This document shows positions 38,721-53,554 of a DNA stretch of 64,000 nucleotides, one piece after another. The position numbers and the translations under genes were made by a program. Origin of the DNA: Tubulanus polymorphus (Eukaryota; Animalia; Nemertea). Numbering within the stretch: position 1 is the first letter of the stretch; each line of letters starts with the position of its first letter. The stretch covers positions 19,118,210 to 19,182,209 of the forward strand of contig NC_134030.1 in the NCBI RefSeq assembly GCF_964204645.1, written 5' to 3'. The notes under the pieces are model-generated. The model saw only the letters and a list, made by a program, of their open reading frames with translations. It was not told where the DNA came from and made no database searches.

Positions 38721-41222
38721 CGCGTCAACACGGATATAGTGATCTATCAATCGTGACCCAGTATTAATTTTTAAATATTAACTTCTAACCCTTTTTTACG
38801 TTATAATTTGTAAATCTCCAATTTCAATTGATCCTTGAAATTGATAGGATCAGAGACGTTACCTAAAAAGTAAAATGCTTTAGCATTCACTTTTTCCAGC
38901 ATTCCCAAGCGATTAATTTCTATGAAGTCGACGTATGAGGGAAAAAAATGAAAAGAAAAAACTTTCTGGACAGCGGGGACGCGCGTGGGTTACTGGAGAA
39001 CTGCGAGACCGCGCCTGCCTGTCAGAAAGCGAGTCCGGCGCCGCGGCGAGCACTCGAGGGTAATTTCCGCGGCTGCCACAACTAATTTCCGATCTGTAGA
39101 CGCGAATCTATCACAATAAAAGAATCCGTCTATTATCTAGTGTTCATTATGAACGCTAATGAAACAAAAAAGCAACTCGGCATCAGATATAAACTCGACG
39201 CTCTACACGGCTCGGTACAAACTCTCTCTCTCCTTCGCTCTCTAGTTCGACCATCTTTACGCGGATCAAAGTTTCAATTAGACGCGCGCCACTAGTGCTG
39301 AAAATCCGCCGGGTGTAAAACATAACGATTCGCGCTCTTTAGGGTCTTAATTACGACGATTAATAATGTAGATAATAGCTGATTACTCTTCTCATCTTTC
39401 CTTTCTTCATCCAAATGTCTCTCATAAATCATTTCGCATTGTATTCTCTTCACAACAGTAATGGTAGGCCGTGTAAACAACTGACACCCGGAGCCATCCT
39501 CCGTTGTTTCGGAACGTCCATGATTTAGATATTCTCGGAGCCTACCCTATCCGATACTTGCGTGAAAAAAAAAACTTAAAACTGCGCAAATTTCTAGTAT
39601 TTAACGCGAGAAAACTGATTTTGATCTACGATGAACTCAACCTAAGAAATATTCACAGGTTGGTGCTGTGATGAAATTTGGAATCGGGAGTCAAAAAAGC
39701 AGTTTAAATAAAGTTCATTGAAATATGAACTTATTTTGACAACAGGTGACCTACTGCTCGTTACGCCATCTGGTGGGATAGCTGGTGTTGCGGGATCCCC
39801 ATTGTACTGTTACCTGGTCAAAGAAAAATCTAAAATGGCGTCTTCTGGAATACTATTTTCAGTAGTGTAATCTACTAAATGAATTCGTATCAAGTCGCTT
39901 AGAAGTCTAAATTAGGACTGGGTATTGAGTTCTATTTACATATTTCATATTCGAAGTGCATATCGCTTTGATAAATCAATGAATATTTATGTTCGGCGAC
40001 ACAAGCGCTAGGCATTTTCCCATGATGTACCACGGATCATAAAATGAGAGTAAAACAATCGTTCTAAAGTCCATGGATGAGCGATGAACGAATGGCCACC
40101 AGAAACGGTAAATACCTGCGGATCAAGTTTTGTATTTGTTTAACGTTAGTGCGATATAACGGTAAACGTCACGTGTTGTTTGTCTGTTTTTTTCATTGTC
40201 TAATTGTCTGTTGTCGCCTATTTGACGCTTTCAATTACCGGACTAGTCTCCGGACACCTGCCCGCCTGTGCCCACCAGCGGCTCTCATTGACTGCAGCTA
40301 ACGGCTGTTTATTTAGACCGGTCCCCACGGGCGTATCGTTACCCTCGCATAAAAGCTATTTTTCAATTAGCCCCCGGCCCCCGGGGGTATATCTACCCGT
40401 AAATGACTTGTCTCACACGGACGACGCGGCTTTTACAACCGTTTAAGTGCAGTTTTCTTGCCGGAGACTTCCGTGTACGTTTTTTAGCGTCATCAATTTC
40501 TGGATGCGGTTCCACGGCACAGGAAAAAGCTTGGCACATGAATAGTTAATCTAAAACGTTTTTATCTTTAAAAAAAATAAGAATTATGAGATATATATTC
40601 AATTACAAAATGAATGCCAAAATCCACAATCGTAATTGTTATTTTGAAATGAAAAACGCAAAAGGTGATGACGTAGTGCACATCGACTCACATATAACCC
40701 CATAAATAACGCATTGTAAAGTTATCAAATATATATAATATATGTATATATATAATATATGTATATAGAGAATATTGTAACGATTTTTACGGCATGAAAA
40801 CTTAAGCCGGGCAAGTTATGCAATCGATTTTCCGGACGCAGTTCAACGGCGCAAGAAAAATTTTGACTTAGTTAAACTCTTAAACCAGTCTTATGACTCA
40901 ACCGAATTTGACCATAATGAAATTGATCCAAGCATTCATTATCAAAGCGCAGATGAATGTTGATTTTTTGGTTTAATTCGTTTACCGGAATTTTTTTCTG
41001 AAAATCGAAAATAGTTGCTTAAACTTTCCTTACGTGAAATTGGGCCGAGGCTTAAGTTTCACAAGGAGGATTAATCAATGCAATGACGTAGAGCAAATCG
41101 ACTCACGAAAAAACATCTTTTACAACGCATTGTAGTTATCAATGTATATAAATATGATTTCAACGGAAATTAGCCCGGCAAGTTGCTGAATTTGCGGGCA
41201 AGTCGCTGAATTTCTTAACAAT

Positions 41223-41419
41223 CAGGGATGGGTGCAGGAAAACCCCGTTAGCCTAACAATGGTTAGTGGCTTATCCGTGGTTAGGCTAACCAGCTTGAAA
41301 TAAGAGGCTACACGAAGACAATGGTTAGCCAACAGCGTTTTCCTGCGCCCATTTATGCCTAACCACCAGTGTACTAACCACGGTTAGCACGAACAGGGTT
41401 TTTCCTACGCCCAGCCCTG
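41223..41419. mobile_element. MITE
   Basis: TIRs cagggatgggtgcaggaaaaccc / gggtttttcctacgcccagccctg, with internal ggttag/ctaacc subrepeats. Confidence 0.75.
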
Positions 41420-43629
41420 ATTTTAGGATTAAGTTAGCCATTCGCGAGTGGACGCGGCAAGCGTCAAGTCATTTCAGCGTTTCGGCGAACATCTTCGAGG
41501 AGTTCGCAGAAGGATGAATCAGCCGCAGCCGCAGCAGCAGCAGCGACAGTCGAAAAACACGAGCTACAAACACAATTAGTCGAGGGATCTGTGTTTTCCG
41601 TGTAAACTGCAGTTGTAACCATCTATACCAGTCATCGTACAGGGAGAGAGAGAAAGAGAGAGAGAGATAGAAAGAGACGGCATTCTTACCGACGATTGTT
41701 GAAGATATTGTCGATACTCGGGGCTGTATACTAAAAGACTCGGCCAATAGACAATACGGAGATGAATATTTGATGAATATTCCCGGCGAGAAAGGACTTA
41801 GCGATGACGGATGGTTTTTTGTGTGCGTAGAGTTTTTTTCGAGGTTGTTGTCGATAAATACGAAGCTTTATTCTGCACTTGAACAACTCACACGACATTT
41901 GCGGGAACGAATAACTCATCGGTTCGTTCGGTTCTATTTTGAATATTTCATGCGCCGATTGAAACAGCGCGGTGTGGATAAGGTGCGTAGCTATCTGGGC
42001 GGTATGTTGGTGGATGGCTTCATCCCTGAAAAACCTGACTCTCGCATAAAGCCATCAGGTAAATCCCTGTTATCGAAGAATAAGTCTGCCATAGGACGGG
42101 ACAGGTTACTGCGGTAGGCCCTCATAATGGTAATTCAAGCAAATGAAAAACTTCATCACATTCAAATCCCTGCACTGGTGAAATGTGGTATACGCAATTT
42201 CACCTTGCAGTTATCATTGTCGAAGAATGATTACTCCTAGGTTTCAAAATGCCACCAGTTTCAAATCATTTTGTGACATCGAGTTTAAATATTTTTGGGG
42301 GACGAACGCAGCAGCGTTTCCCAATGTTATCGGGTTCAAATCCCAAAAAGGAGGAATGTGGTGGATTCCCATGAGGCCATTTGGGATCATAAATCCCTGT
42401 GAGGGAGGAACATGACAGAGTCTCACGATGTCATCACCAGGTTCGAATCCCTGCGAGGGAGGAACGTGGCTGAGTACCAGGAAGAAAGGGCCATAACCGG
42501 ATATTTTGGCAATGAGTCGATGTTTACAATTGCAAAAACCAAACGCGATCAATCCGACTGAACTCTTCACGCGATAATCTCCGGTTTTCTTTTAATCTAA
42601 TGGTTCGAATTTCGCATTCGAACATCACAGGTATCGAGTTCAGTGAAACGTATCCAGCTTTGATTCGTCGTAACTTTGAGGAGTTCCTTTCTGTAGCGTT
42701 CATCGTGTGACGTGATGAAAGCCGAAAGCCATTGAAGTTCGGGCCAGTTGTGAAATCCTAATCTACCATGCGACGAAAATAGTTTCACGACGCGCGCCGA
42801 CGCCGTGTGTTTCTTTTTCGTCGAAATATCACACGCCTCGATAACCGTCAGTACATCGATCCACGTGACCACGCGTGAGTGACGTCACGCGCGCGATGAG
42901 TCACCGCCGCCTGGAATTAATCGTAAAACCGTAATCCGCATTGAAAAGTTCGACGAAACGGCGACGATGTATTATCGCCGGACGACGATTGCGGTTTGCA
43001 ATTAGCGAGAAAGCGGAGACCTGGCTGCCGGGGGAATGAACCTCGAATGTGCCGGGAAATGGTAGAATTATGTTTCTGGTTTTCCGGACCAGAAGTGAAA
43101 AATCCGCAACGCCGATTCGATATTCAAAACTAAGTCCATTTATCTGTTCTCGAATCCAGGGTTGTCCCCGGACGCATTAAAAAAGTTTACGCGTACCGAT
43201 GTTCTAATTTCCGGTGTCGTCGCGGCGAGCCGACCCGGCGCGCGCCTCTGGGAGGTTTCAAAGAAAACGCTGAATTCAACGCTGAAACGAATTCGAAAAT
43301 TGCACGACGCTGTGGAATTTCGAAAAGTATAGTTTCTCGAATTTAATTACGGGCTCTTTGGAAAACCGGGACGGCGGAAATTTTGAAATGTTTGAACAAG
43401 AAAGAGCCGGGTAATTACACGTTCCGCAGCCTCGTTATGACACCGATGCGAGTAGAGGTTAAACACCGACCGTCAGATGCTGAACGCGTCGAGCAAATAT
43501 TTGAAAAACGCCCTTGAAAATCTTTTCGCGTAAGAAGCGTTTTGTATGAACGAAGCGCTGGGTGAATTTCAATACGTCTGAATCAAACATTTTAATTAAA
43601 TAGTGCGCAGTTGATTGCAAGCAGGGATC

Positions 43630-43945
43630 CGACTAAGCACGCTCAAGTTATAACCACTAACAACTTAAGACCAGTACATCTAAGGCCCATCTAGGCCCAT
43701 TTTGGTACTAACACGATCTAACAACTCAAGACCAGCTTAAGCCCATTTTAGTTCTGAGGCCTGTTCTAAGCGCACTTAAGTCATAACCAATATAGTAACT
43801 TCAGACCAGTCTATGCTCATTGTGGTTCTCTAGCCAATCTAACTAACTGACACACCAGTCTAAGTTTATTCTAGTTCTATACCTAATCTAACAACTTAAG
43901 ACCCGTCTACGCTCATTTAATATCTCTACAATCTGACAACTTGTT
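43630..43945. repeat. Degenerate 47-bp satellite cluster
   Basis: Recurring agaccagtcta..ctcatt..gttct..agccaatctaacaactt. Confidence 0.75.
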
Positions 43946-44515
43946 CGTGCGTAAAATAAGTCATTTCCTTATAAAAAGATCCGAAAAGGTATAAACTAGA
44001 TTTTTCTGCCCACTGTTTGGTATAGTTTTCATTTCCATTGGTCTTCCGAAAAAAAAACATTCTTGACGACTTTGAGATAGCGCGTTATACTATTATAGCG
44101 CACCTGGCGGAATTCCGTAGAAGGCTCGATTGCCACAGTAGCTTTAATAATTGACGGGTTGACGTTCGACTATGACGAATCGAGGATCAAAAGATACGCG
44201 ATGTAAAACGGTATTGAATGAATCACACGCACAGGCACGTGATCGCCCTGAGTGTCGAAGTTAATTCGGAGTCGCTTGTGTAACTTTCACTTTGATCAAC
44301 AACCTGGTAATCAACGCGCAGGTTCATCACCGGCTTTAAACGTTCCTGTTCGGTGGGCGAATAATTTGTGTATCAAAGATGAACGTACTGATGTCGCTCG
44401 TTTGAAGTGAAAAGTTACTGAATCGTGTCGGGCTTTTTGCGCAATGACTGGCTACGAGGGGAGGGAGGGATTTATGACAAGTTGCAGTTGAAAAGTTCTA
44501 CCAGTTCGGAGCCAG

Positions 44516-44633
44516 GCGCCGGTTGCATAGTCACGGACCAACTTAGTCCTATAGCCAATCTAACAACTTAAGACCAGTCTTAAGATTTAAGAGCACGTCT
44601 CCTGGACTTAAGTCACGACTGTGCAACTGGCGC
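44516..44633. mobile_element. MITE family A
   Basis: TIRs gcgccggttgcatagtc / gactgtgcaactggcgc. CAG on both sides. Confidence 0.85.
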
Positions 44634-44686
44634 CAGCTGCTCAGAGGTTCGTTGACGATACCTATGGGATAACAACCCCAGTAACC

Positions 44687-44687
44687 A

Positions 44688-44725
<38 letters not shown>

Positions 44726-44860
44726 TATTTTATTTCCATTAAATATTACAATATATCATTAAACATTATAAAAATGAAGTTAAATGAAATATTTTAATAT
44801 TAAGCAGGGGAGACTTGAAGAAGCCAGTTAAGACTTATGTCAAACGTACAAGTCCCCCAT
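44687..44860 (-). mobile_element. Probable retroposon 3' end with (TAT)n tail
   Basis: (AAT)n tract adjacent to tttatt (AATAAA on - strand) and a stem ggggagacttg..caagtccccc. Confidence 0.45.
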
Positions 44861-46004
44861 CGCGCAAAGAACCACACTAACACTGGAACCGAATTTCCCA
44901 ATTATGTACTTGGATTTAAACCAAAAAAAATATAGGGCCTTAAGAGTATGAGTGAAAGTTGATTATCAACGAAATTTTATTCGGCATACGAATTACGAAT
45001 GCATTCAAACTCCAACCATTCGCATGGTACATAGAAGGACAAAGTCGTAGTACATATGAAATATCGAAGGTATCAAAAGTTTTCGAATTCAAATAGCTTT
45101 TACGGTGTTCATCAAGTAAAGAACAGTCAAAACGAAAACATGCCATTCATCAGCTAAAATATTTGAGTTAGTACGATTACGATTACGATTACGATTTTAT
45201 TTACAGGCCTTCTAGCAGCCACGCCATCTGGTGGGATAATTAAGCTTACACCGGGTCGTTAGTGGATGGCAATAGAATTATTTGCATAACGAATAAGAAA
45301 ATAATGTGCCTTTTCCTAAAACAACCGCGTTTTTCCGAAGCTATTTTTCTTCTGAAAACCTGTTTTTTTTTTTCATTTTAAGCTCGAAATAAATGACGTA
45401 ATGCATTTCATTCTAAACGTATTGACGTCTGTAAATTTATGACCATCGCGACGCAACGAAAAATGTCAAACTCATCTCTGCGATACACAAATAAAACCGG
45501 TCGCGATCGGCGATATTGACGTAAATCGTGAATTATGACGTCATACGTTTTACTAATACAATAGATAATGAGCGTTTAGACGTTGACGTCGTTACGGCGT
45601 GCGTACGAACACGTTGACGCCGGATTTAGCCGAGCTATCGCGGTAAATTGATGCTCTTTCGGCCAATTACGTAGCGATCGCTTCTTGTAATGAAAAACGC
45701 GTATAAGTACGCGAGTTTTTGGATCCATTAGAGTAACGTAGAACCTGATGCGAGCATTTTCTGTACCAAATTGTACCAATTACCACCCGTAAATCAGGCA
45801 CTTTTCCAACTACAAAACGGAGACTCTATAACGCTGATGGACCGCCGGTATTTTCTCAATTTCTACCCGACGTCATTACCGTAATTTCTGCGTTCGGCTT
45901 TCTTCTTTTAGTTTATGTATTTTGTTGTTAGTTTTCGTATGAAAAAAATGAAATACCACTATTCGTCTTAAGAATCATTGATTGTCTGGCCCGGGTCTGT
46001 CAAC

Positions 46005-46260
46005 CGGGGCCTATTTGCACAGTTGTGACTTAGGTATGTCCAAACGTAATCTTAAATCCTTTTCTGGCCTCATGTTGTTAGAATGTATTCGGTTTTTCGA
46101 TCTTAGACTGGAGTTAGTATCAATTAAGACTAACTTAAGTTGTAGACTTAAGTTTATAGAATGGTTATAGAACCAAAATAAGCTTAGACTGGTCTTAAGG
46201 GGTTGTTAGATTCGTCATATAAGCAAATACTGAATCTGAGTCATGTGCTACTGGCCCTGG
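46005..46260. mobile_element. MITE family A, expanded degenerate copy in reverse orientation
   Basis: ggggcc..ttgcacagttgtgactt ... agtcatgtgctactggccc, with several internal 47-bp-like modules. Confidence 0.6.
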
Positions 46261-47259
46261 AATTTTGTCATATTAAAATTGGGTCCCGCATGTACAGGCT
46301 CCTTGTTCTAGGTTAAATCTGGAAAGGGGTTTCCAATGGTAAACAACTTTTTCCTAAATTTCTTTTTCCTTTTTGCCATTTATTTGGAACACTTCCCTTT
46401 ATGAAACACTTTCATTAGAAACTGTACGTACATCGAAGCTTTGAGAACACTTCTTGATTTTGAAGACTTATCGTTTTGATAAGCATTTTTCCGACGTTTT
46501 TTTTTCTATAACCAATATTGTTTATACGACAAAATGACCCCTCGGAAGAGCGTTGGCGTTGTCAACTCAAATTGTATTGGTCGCATTGGTCCTTTTACGG
46601 TACTCGCAGTTCATAAGAGCTTGGACGAAGGATAAACCGATTTTCGCCCCGACTGAAATCGACATTTTTTTCATACACATATTTCCGACTTATCTAGACA
46701 TGAAATCTCGCGACGAGCGAAGATCGCGCGGGTAAATGCGAGATTCGCCGCGAGACGTCACACCGCGCTGTATAGAGAGCCGATTAATAGGCGGATAGAC
46801 GACAGAGCGTGATTGCTATTGATTTTACGGGTTTAAATGTATCGGGCGCCGATCAAACATTGTCAACTGTATTGGATTCAATTAAACGGCCATTTTATCA
46901 GATTACGCCGGAGATGTCACCGGGAATCTATCAACGCCTGCGCAAATCTGATATAATCCGCTTACAGTACCACGCTTACAGCCCTCCCAGTCTGAAGTTT
47001 AACACCGTTTGACTGATGTCCAATACAACGGCGTTAAGTTCATTTCGGCCGTCAATTGAAAAGTCGACTTCGATGTCTACGTATATATCCGCGAGTGTCG
47101 ACAATACGTCAACGCGCATGAACCAGTGACAGTCAGTGATTGTCGACCTAACTCGCTATTCAAAATGCCAAAGTTTCAAGTGAGAATAATTATTCCTACA
47201 GTGACTAAAATGTAACGGCTAACTAGCGATACGAAATGTCCAGGTTTCAAGTGAGATGT

Positions 47260-47452
47260 ATTCCACAATAAACGAATGAATCTAAAAAGTTTTTATTTCA
47301 AAAATTAGAAAGAATTCGGGTAGTTCTACCGCCCTCCTTCAGTCTGAAACGACTCGTATTAATTTGGCGAGTCATTTTAGACCCAAGAAGGGTGGTAAAA
47401 TATTTCTGATTTTTCATATGAACTTTTTAGATTCGTGCATTTATTGTGGGAT
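47260..47452. mobile_element. Foldback element (imperfect palindrome)
   Basis: Arms ccacaataaa..gaatctaaaaagtt / aactttttagattc..tttattgtgg, with an internal hairpin centred near 47362. Confidence 0.6.
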
Positions 47453-49094
47453 TTTTTCCCATCCTGCGCAGTAACTGAACAATCAATCTGAAAGTCATTT
47501 GTGTGGACTCCTAAGTCACGTCCGCCGTTTTCTAATCGACTATTTTGTCAAAATCCTTCGTCGCAAATCTAATAAGCGTGTGCGAACACGCACTCTGATT
47601 TAGTCCGTTCCAATTTTGGCGCGTTCCAGGAACGAGCCATTAGGACCGGTCTGACCAGCGATAGTGTGAACGCGGCTAATATTCTATATTTCGATAGATC
47701 AGGAAGCGAAAAAGAATCATTTTAAATTTCCAATAAAGCGACTTCAACTTAAATATTTGCGCGTAAAGTAGAATCCAGTCGCCTGATATTCAAATGTGGA
47801 GATTTCCAACGGAACGTCGAATTCCACCGTTCACAATCGGAATCAAATAACCGTCATTACCGTTTGAACCCGATTGAAAAGAAAAGCGACTCTCGCGAGT
47901 TTCTTTCATTGGCGCTTTTAACTCGAAAAAGGCGTCGGAATATCGTCGACAGAACTGGTGGAGCCTTTTGTGTCGAGCGCGCGTGTGTGATCGTCAGCAA
48001 TCTCGCGTTACTCAGCGCCTAAAAGCATTTAAACGCGACGAATTTTTTGATTCTATTCCGACGTTTTCGCTTTTAAAGGTTTCTAGCGTAGCGAGTCGAC
48101 GATTGTAAATCGAGAACGGCGCGTTTGCACCGCGGCGCGATTTGAGGGATGATCCCGGGAGCGCGCGCTCTGCGCGGTGCAATTTAATGGTTGGTTAAGT
48201 TTAATTGCGTCGCCCGTTTCGAAGGTTTATTCAACCCGGTTAGGCGACAGGGAGTTCGATCCGATGTTTTGTAATTCTATCCGGAGTCGGGAGTCAAATC
48301 GAGCGCGCATTACGCGAACCCGAGCCGTCGAACCTTACAAAACGCATCACGACAAAGATTCATTTGATCGAAAACTAACGAAAACGTAGCCGCGAAGCAG
48401 CGATAACGGGTTTTCCGCTTCTCATCGTGCGACCTGAACGGATCGAAAATTCCATTGCCGGAAACAGATTCGAACCAGATTTTAAAGATGGGTGAAGTGA
48501 GACTTGATGATTTGATGATTCTCGGAGCAATCCTCTTTGTGACACATTTCTTGTAGACTGTACAATGAGGCATATATAAAGTATAGCACCCGAAAGTAAC
48601 CGAACGAATTTACAATTGGCACCCGAGAATAGATCAACGGCTAAATCGCTGCGGGTAAGACGAAATTCTCATTAGAAATTATTTCAATTTCGCTAAAACT
48701 GATAGGATAATGGAAATTAATTCCAGCATTGGAATCCAAAACCAACATTTAGCGACGAAATAATCCCCAGAAATTAGAAATCGAACACGCGAGCGCGCGC
48801 GCGCCGGTGACTGTTGTTTAATTAGAGTAAAGCTTCGTAAACTGAGCTTCATTAATCATAGGTCTCGAAATCGGGCTGGAAAAATCGAGGATTAGAATTA
48901 GAATATAACGCGAAAGATTACGGGGTAAAACCGACGTTTCACGGTTTAATGGCGTAATCGTGTCCGATTTCTTGTACGCCATTCTCTTACATCGCGACGG
49001 AGCGCGCCGTTTGTACGAGAATCGACGTCACGTTTTCTCATCGTCTTCAAATTCCGAATCGCTGTCTCGGTGTATTCAGAAATTCGATCGCGCA

Positions 49095-49510
49095 AGAATT
49101 ACTGTAGAACTGGGTTCGAAATCGAACTGAACCAACATTGAGTCGCGTTGAACCCACAGTACTGTTGAACTAGACCGAACCACAGCCGCAGCCAGTTACA
49201 ACTGTCCATAAGTAAATTAAACAGCTGTGTAACCAAATTCAGAATGAAGTCAAACCCACACAACTGTGGAACTGGATCCGGGGTCGAGTGAAACTCCCCC
49301 CCCCCCAAAAAAAAAAAAAACTGTGGAACTGGATTCATAAGTAAATTGAAACCCTGCTACTATGGAACTGGGTTCAGACTCAAATTAAACCTACACTGGG
49401 GAACTGAGTTAAATTGAAAAAAAAAAAACTGTGGATCTCTATCCATAAGTAAATCGAACCCATACTACTATGGAACTAAGTTTAAACCCACACAACTGAA
49501 GAACTTGATC
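49095..49510. repeat. ~38-bp satellite cluster
   Basis: Recurring actgtggaactgg. Confidence 0.8.
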
Positions 49511-50456
49511 GGGAAGAATAAGTATTGACTAGGCGTATCTAGATCAGTACAGTTTTTCAGAGTACCGTCGAGTTGAACAGAGCGGGAGGAGATTAGAATA
49601 GCTTCCGATAAAAAATGACGCGCGGAGGGAGGAAAGAGGAAGGCACGGTTGTTTGTAATAAGCCCCGGAAATTGATGATCTGTGTTAAGATGTTTTCAGC
49701 TAATGGCGATCAAAGAGATCCAGATGAAAATCTCGCGGATAATTCCTGCAATTATATCATTGAAGTCGAGCTTAAAGAAGGGATTTCAGACAAGTTCCTC
49801 TTTCTAGTGATACAGCGATATCATCGTGACTAAAGCGGCGACGAGTAACTTCTCGGAAAGAGAATTACATTTTTTTTGTAACGATTCACCGCCAGATGGC
49901 ATGCGCCCCTAAAATGAATTGTATTTTTTGTGTGTAAAGAGTATAAACGTAACAGACAAGAATTACTGCCGGAAAGATATTGGAAACTCCCCAATGTACT
50001 CAAATATAGTGAACTTTTGAATACCAGTTACTTGACTACCCTGAAAAGACTAGCTAATGTTCTCTCAAAATGTGATATATAATTGAAGATTTAATTTCGT
50101 CTGCACATTGAACAGTGATAATTCATATACATTAATTAAGAATTATCATTACTATTGTTTTTACCTCCTTATACTATTGTTTTTAGTCATGGAGACAAAT
50201 AAAGTTATCTTATCTTATCTTAGTCGCGAACAGCGAGCGTTTCTGGCCCGGGAACGATAATTCACATGGGCACCACCTTGGCTACTTCGCATGCGTTCAG
50301 CTCATCACCTGAGACACGTAGCAACACTTCTGCCGAAAGTTATTGTCCCCCCGAGATGACTAAACATTTCTGAATACGAGCTATCTAAATGAACATCGTA
50401 CAAACTATTTGCTAGAAATACCAAACAATTTATTTGGTACTCATCCTGACATCTGA

Positions 50457-50803
50457 AGCCCAACGCACACGGCAAAACATTTTTTTCGCCGAACCAGAAA
50501 ACACGTTTTTCACAAAACGTTTTTCGTAAAAAGTTTTGCCCGCAAACGATAAAACGTTCAACGCACACGGGACGAAAAACGTTTTCGACTACACAAAACG
50601 CTTTTCGCAAATCAAGCAGTGCTTGTTTCGCGAAAAACGTTTTTGCCCGTGAAAAACGTTTTTCTTTTTGCTCGCGATAAACGTTTTTCAGTTCAGTGTT
50701 TTGTGTTTTGCCTCCCCCGCACACGGCATAGTAAAAAAAAAACATCGAAAACGTTTTTTTCATGAGGAAAAAATGTTTTTTTCGGTGCCGTGTGCGTTGG
50801 GCT
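50457..50803. mobile_element. PIF/Harbinger (Tourist-like) MITE
   Basis: Perfect 18-bp TIRs agcccaacgcacacggca / tgccgtgtgcgttgggct, flanks TGA/TAA, internal aaaacgtttt palindromic subrepeats. Confidence 0.85.
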
Positions 50804-51164
50804 TAAGAAATGTGTTCGGCCGCAGTACGCCACACGATCGTGGCCTGAAACTCGCTGCTGTGATTGCGATGGAGAACGGTTCGCGTTCAGCGCATAAATC
50901 AAACTCGATGGACAGAGAGAACGGCGCGGTATTAGCTAGCATTAATTATCGCTGCATTAGGCAGTGACTGCATCGTGTGTTTACATCCAGTTTTACCTTA
51001 CAAACTTCAATTAGGCGCTATTGTAATAATAATGCGACGTACTACGGTAAACACGGGCCTCGTATAGTGCCGAGTAGAGCAGCGCCGTAACACAACTGGT
51101 TCTATTGACATTCGTCATTCATTTGTAAGAGTAATGTAAGTTTTCAGCTTTTAGTAAATAAGAA

Positions 51165-51925
51165 CTTCAGACAATGATGTGAGATGTGGACGATGGGTTC
51201 TTAAAAGTACGCTAATAATGTTTCCAGTGCGTGTCGTTAGTAATTCATTTACATTTATAGAAATACCTGAGGTGAAGTCCTGAACGCGTGTGATGTGTGG
51301 AGTATCGGTTTTCAAATGTTTGCGAATAAAATGTCTGATATGGTGTTGATGTTCGATGAAAATGTCTTAGGCGAAGTCCTGGACACGATGTGAAGTGAAG
51401 ACGATCAGTTTTTGAAAGTGCGCTGATGAAATGTCTAATGTCTGGTGTTTGTAGTTCATTTTCATATAGAAATGTCTCGGGTGAAGTTCTGGACAAATGC
51501 GACGTGTGTAGACGATGAGTCTTTGAAAGTGAACCGAAGTTCGAATCGCATGCGAAGTGTGGACGATCAGTTCACGAAAGTGTGCTGATAAAATGTCTAA
51601 TGCCAGATGTTTGTGGTTCCTCGTCAATTGGATATATCTGAGGTGAAGTTCTGGACACGGGGCAAAATGTGGATGATCAGTGTTTGAATATGTGCTGATA
51701 AAATACTTGAAGTCAGGTGTTAGTGGTTCATTTTTAATCAAAAATGTCCCAGGGGAAGTCCTGAACACAATATGTGAAGTGTAGACGATCAGTTTTTGAA
51801 AGTTAGCTGATAAAATGTCCAATGTCTGGTCTTTGCCAATGTCTGTAAATTCATTTGCATTTGAAAATATCTCAGGTGAATTTCTGACCACACGTCACGT
51901 GAAGTGTGGATGATCTTTTTTTCCA
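51165..51925. repeat. 109-bp satellite, ~7 degenerate copies
   Basis: Same unit. Confidence 0.85.
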
Positions 51926-52899
51926 AACCCCTAATCAATCGTCCCATCATGTGATCAATTACGTTATGTCCACAATTGAGTTCTTCTGCCATTTATTTTC
52001 AGAAAATGATGGGAACCTACTGAGTTCTGCCATGTAAGTCACGTGTGTTTAACCAACATCAATATGGCGTCAACAAGAAACAAAATCATCAGTCTCCGAG
52101 ACGGCAAAAGCGCCTAATAATAACACGTATCTAGAGGAATGTACCACAGATTTCGATATGAAATGACGGTTTATTGCGACTACTGTGTTTAATTAGATTT
52201 ATACTTAATGAATGCGCGACGCTTGTGTCGTGATGTACGGCGAATCGGTGAACCGAGGTCGCCGTCAACCATTCACTAAACGTAATTATCTCGCGTATAA
52301 ACAGTACAACACCGCGGCTACATACTATTCCACCGTGTGATACTGTCTCCCGGGGATAGACGCGGACGGACTGCTGCGAAAAGACATCCATTTGCCCCAA
52401 AAAACTATATGACATTCGACCGCCACATCGCACTATATTTGTACATAACTTCGTTTTCCGATTCGGAAGTCGATCCCCTGTTTCGTTCCCATCAGGTTTG
52501 AATGGCGGGTCTGTAAGGGGATTAAACCAAATAGGTGTAAAACTAATCAAATCAAGCAGTCAATTGAATAAAAGGATTTTCATCTGTTTTGAAAGAGGTT
52601 ATCGTTGAGGCATAAGTCTGAATTAGCGGTTGTAAATTTGATAATGGGGAGGGGGGGCGTTCACCTTTTCCAGGAGGGTATCAAATTAAATTGAAATTTG
52701 AGGGTATCTCAAGGTGTAGGCAGCCATTTTCCAGGGTCATGCCACATCACAAAGCACTTGTGCGATATCTTTTGAGTTTGGATGCGCAGCCATTTTTTCC
52801 GTGTTTATGTATCGAAGTAAACAATTCGAGCATAACGTCAGGATGTTGGCGGAGGCGGCCATGTTTGCTGGAAGTGTCTATAGATCGATGTATTATTAA

Positions 52900-53187
52900 C
52901 CCTTTCAGTGCGTCTACACCACAGTGCGGTGTATAAATCAGTGACAGATTTTGCAAGTACACCGCAATGCTGTGTATTGATGTAATTAGTAATTGGTAAT
53001 TATCTCTCTTGAAAAATGGCAGCACCACTCAAACATAGTGAAATACTAGTAACTAACGATACACCGCGTCGTGGTGTAGATGCACTATAGTGGTATTCCC
53101 GTTATTCAGCACTCTAGGGTGGAATTTTTAATTATTTTGAAATTATCTCCAGCACTATGGGGTATTGATTAGTCAGCACCGAAAGGG
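52900..53187. mobile_element. piggyBac-type MITE
   Basis: TTAA|CCCTTTCAGTGC ... GCACCGAAAGGG|TTAA. Confidence 0.88.
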
Positions 53188-53554
53188 TTAACGGTGTTTA
53201 TTACGTTTTATACGCTTTCCACATATATCATCATTCCTCGATTGAATCATGTATTTATATACGTATCATTTTTCCATGTCGTTATTTTGCTAATACGTGC
53301 TTGACCCTTGTGGATCGTCGTACACCATATATATACACACGTATATTTCATTAACGAGCGCGAGTCGTTATGATTGTAACTTTCTCCCGAGATGCCGGCT
53401 GTTTATAAGATGTTATATTGTCGTTAAACGAGTATATCGCGACGACAGACGTTATAATGCGTTCGTTTGTTAGATCGATGTGAGAACGACGAACTTTTTA
53501 CGGCCATATGAGCATTCTTTAAGCAGTTGGCCTACAAATATATTGTCTTCATTA

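Noticed and set aside
41690-41919. Candidate Dscam leader exon ending at G|gtaag (41690, - strand)
   Set aside because: The phase-1 frame has no ATG after the upstream stop and no hydrophobic core. At most a non-coding exon.
46553-46735. Signal-peptide-like ORF
   Set aside because: TTG start, wrong strand for Dscam, no splice support.
50036-50240. Hammerhead-like ctgaaaa-gacta...tagtc split by a retroposon tail
   Set aside because: The core deviates from CUGANGA and GAAA is absent.
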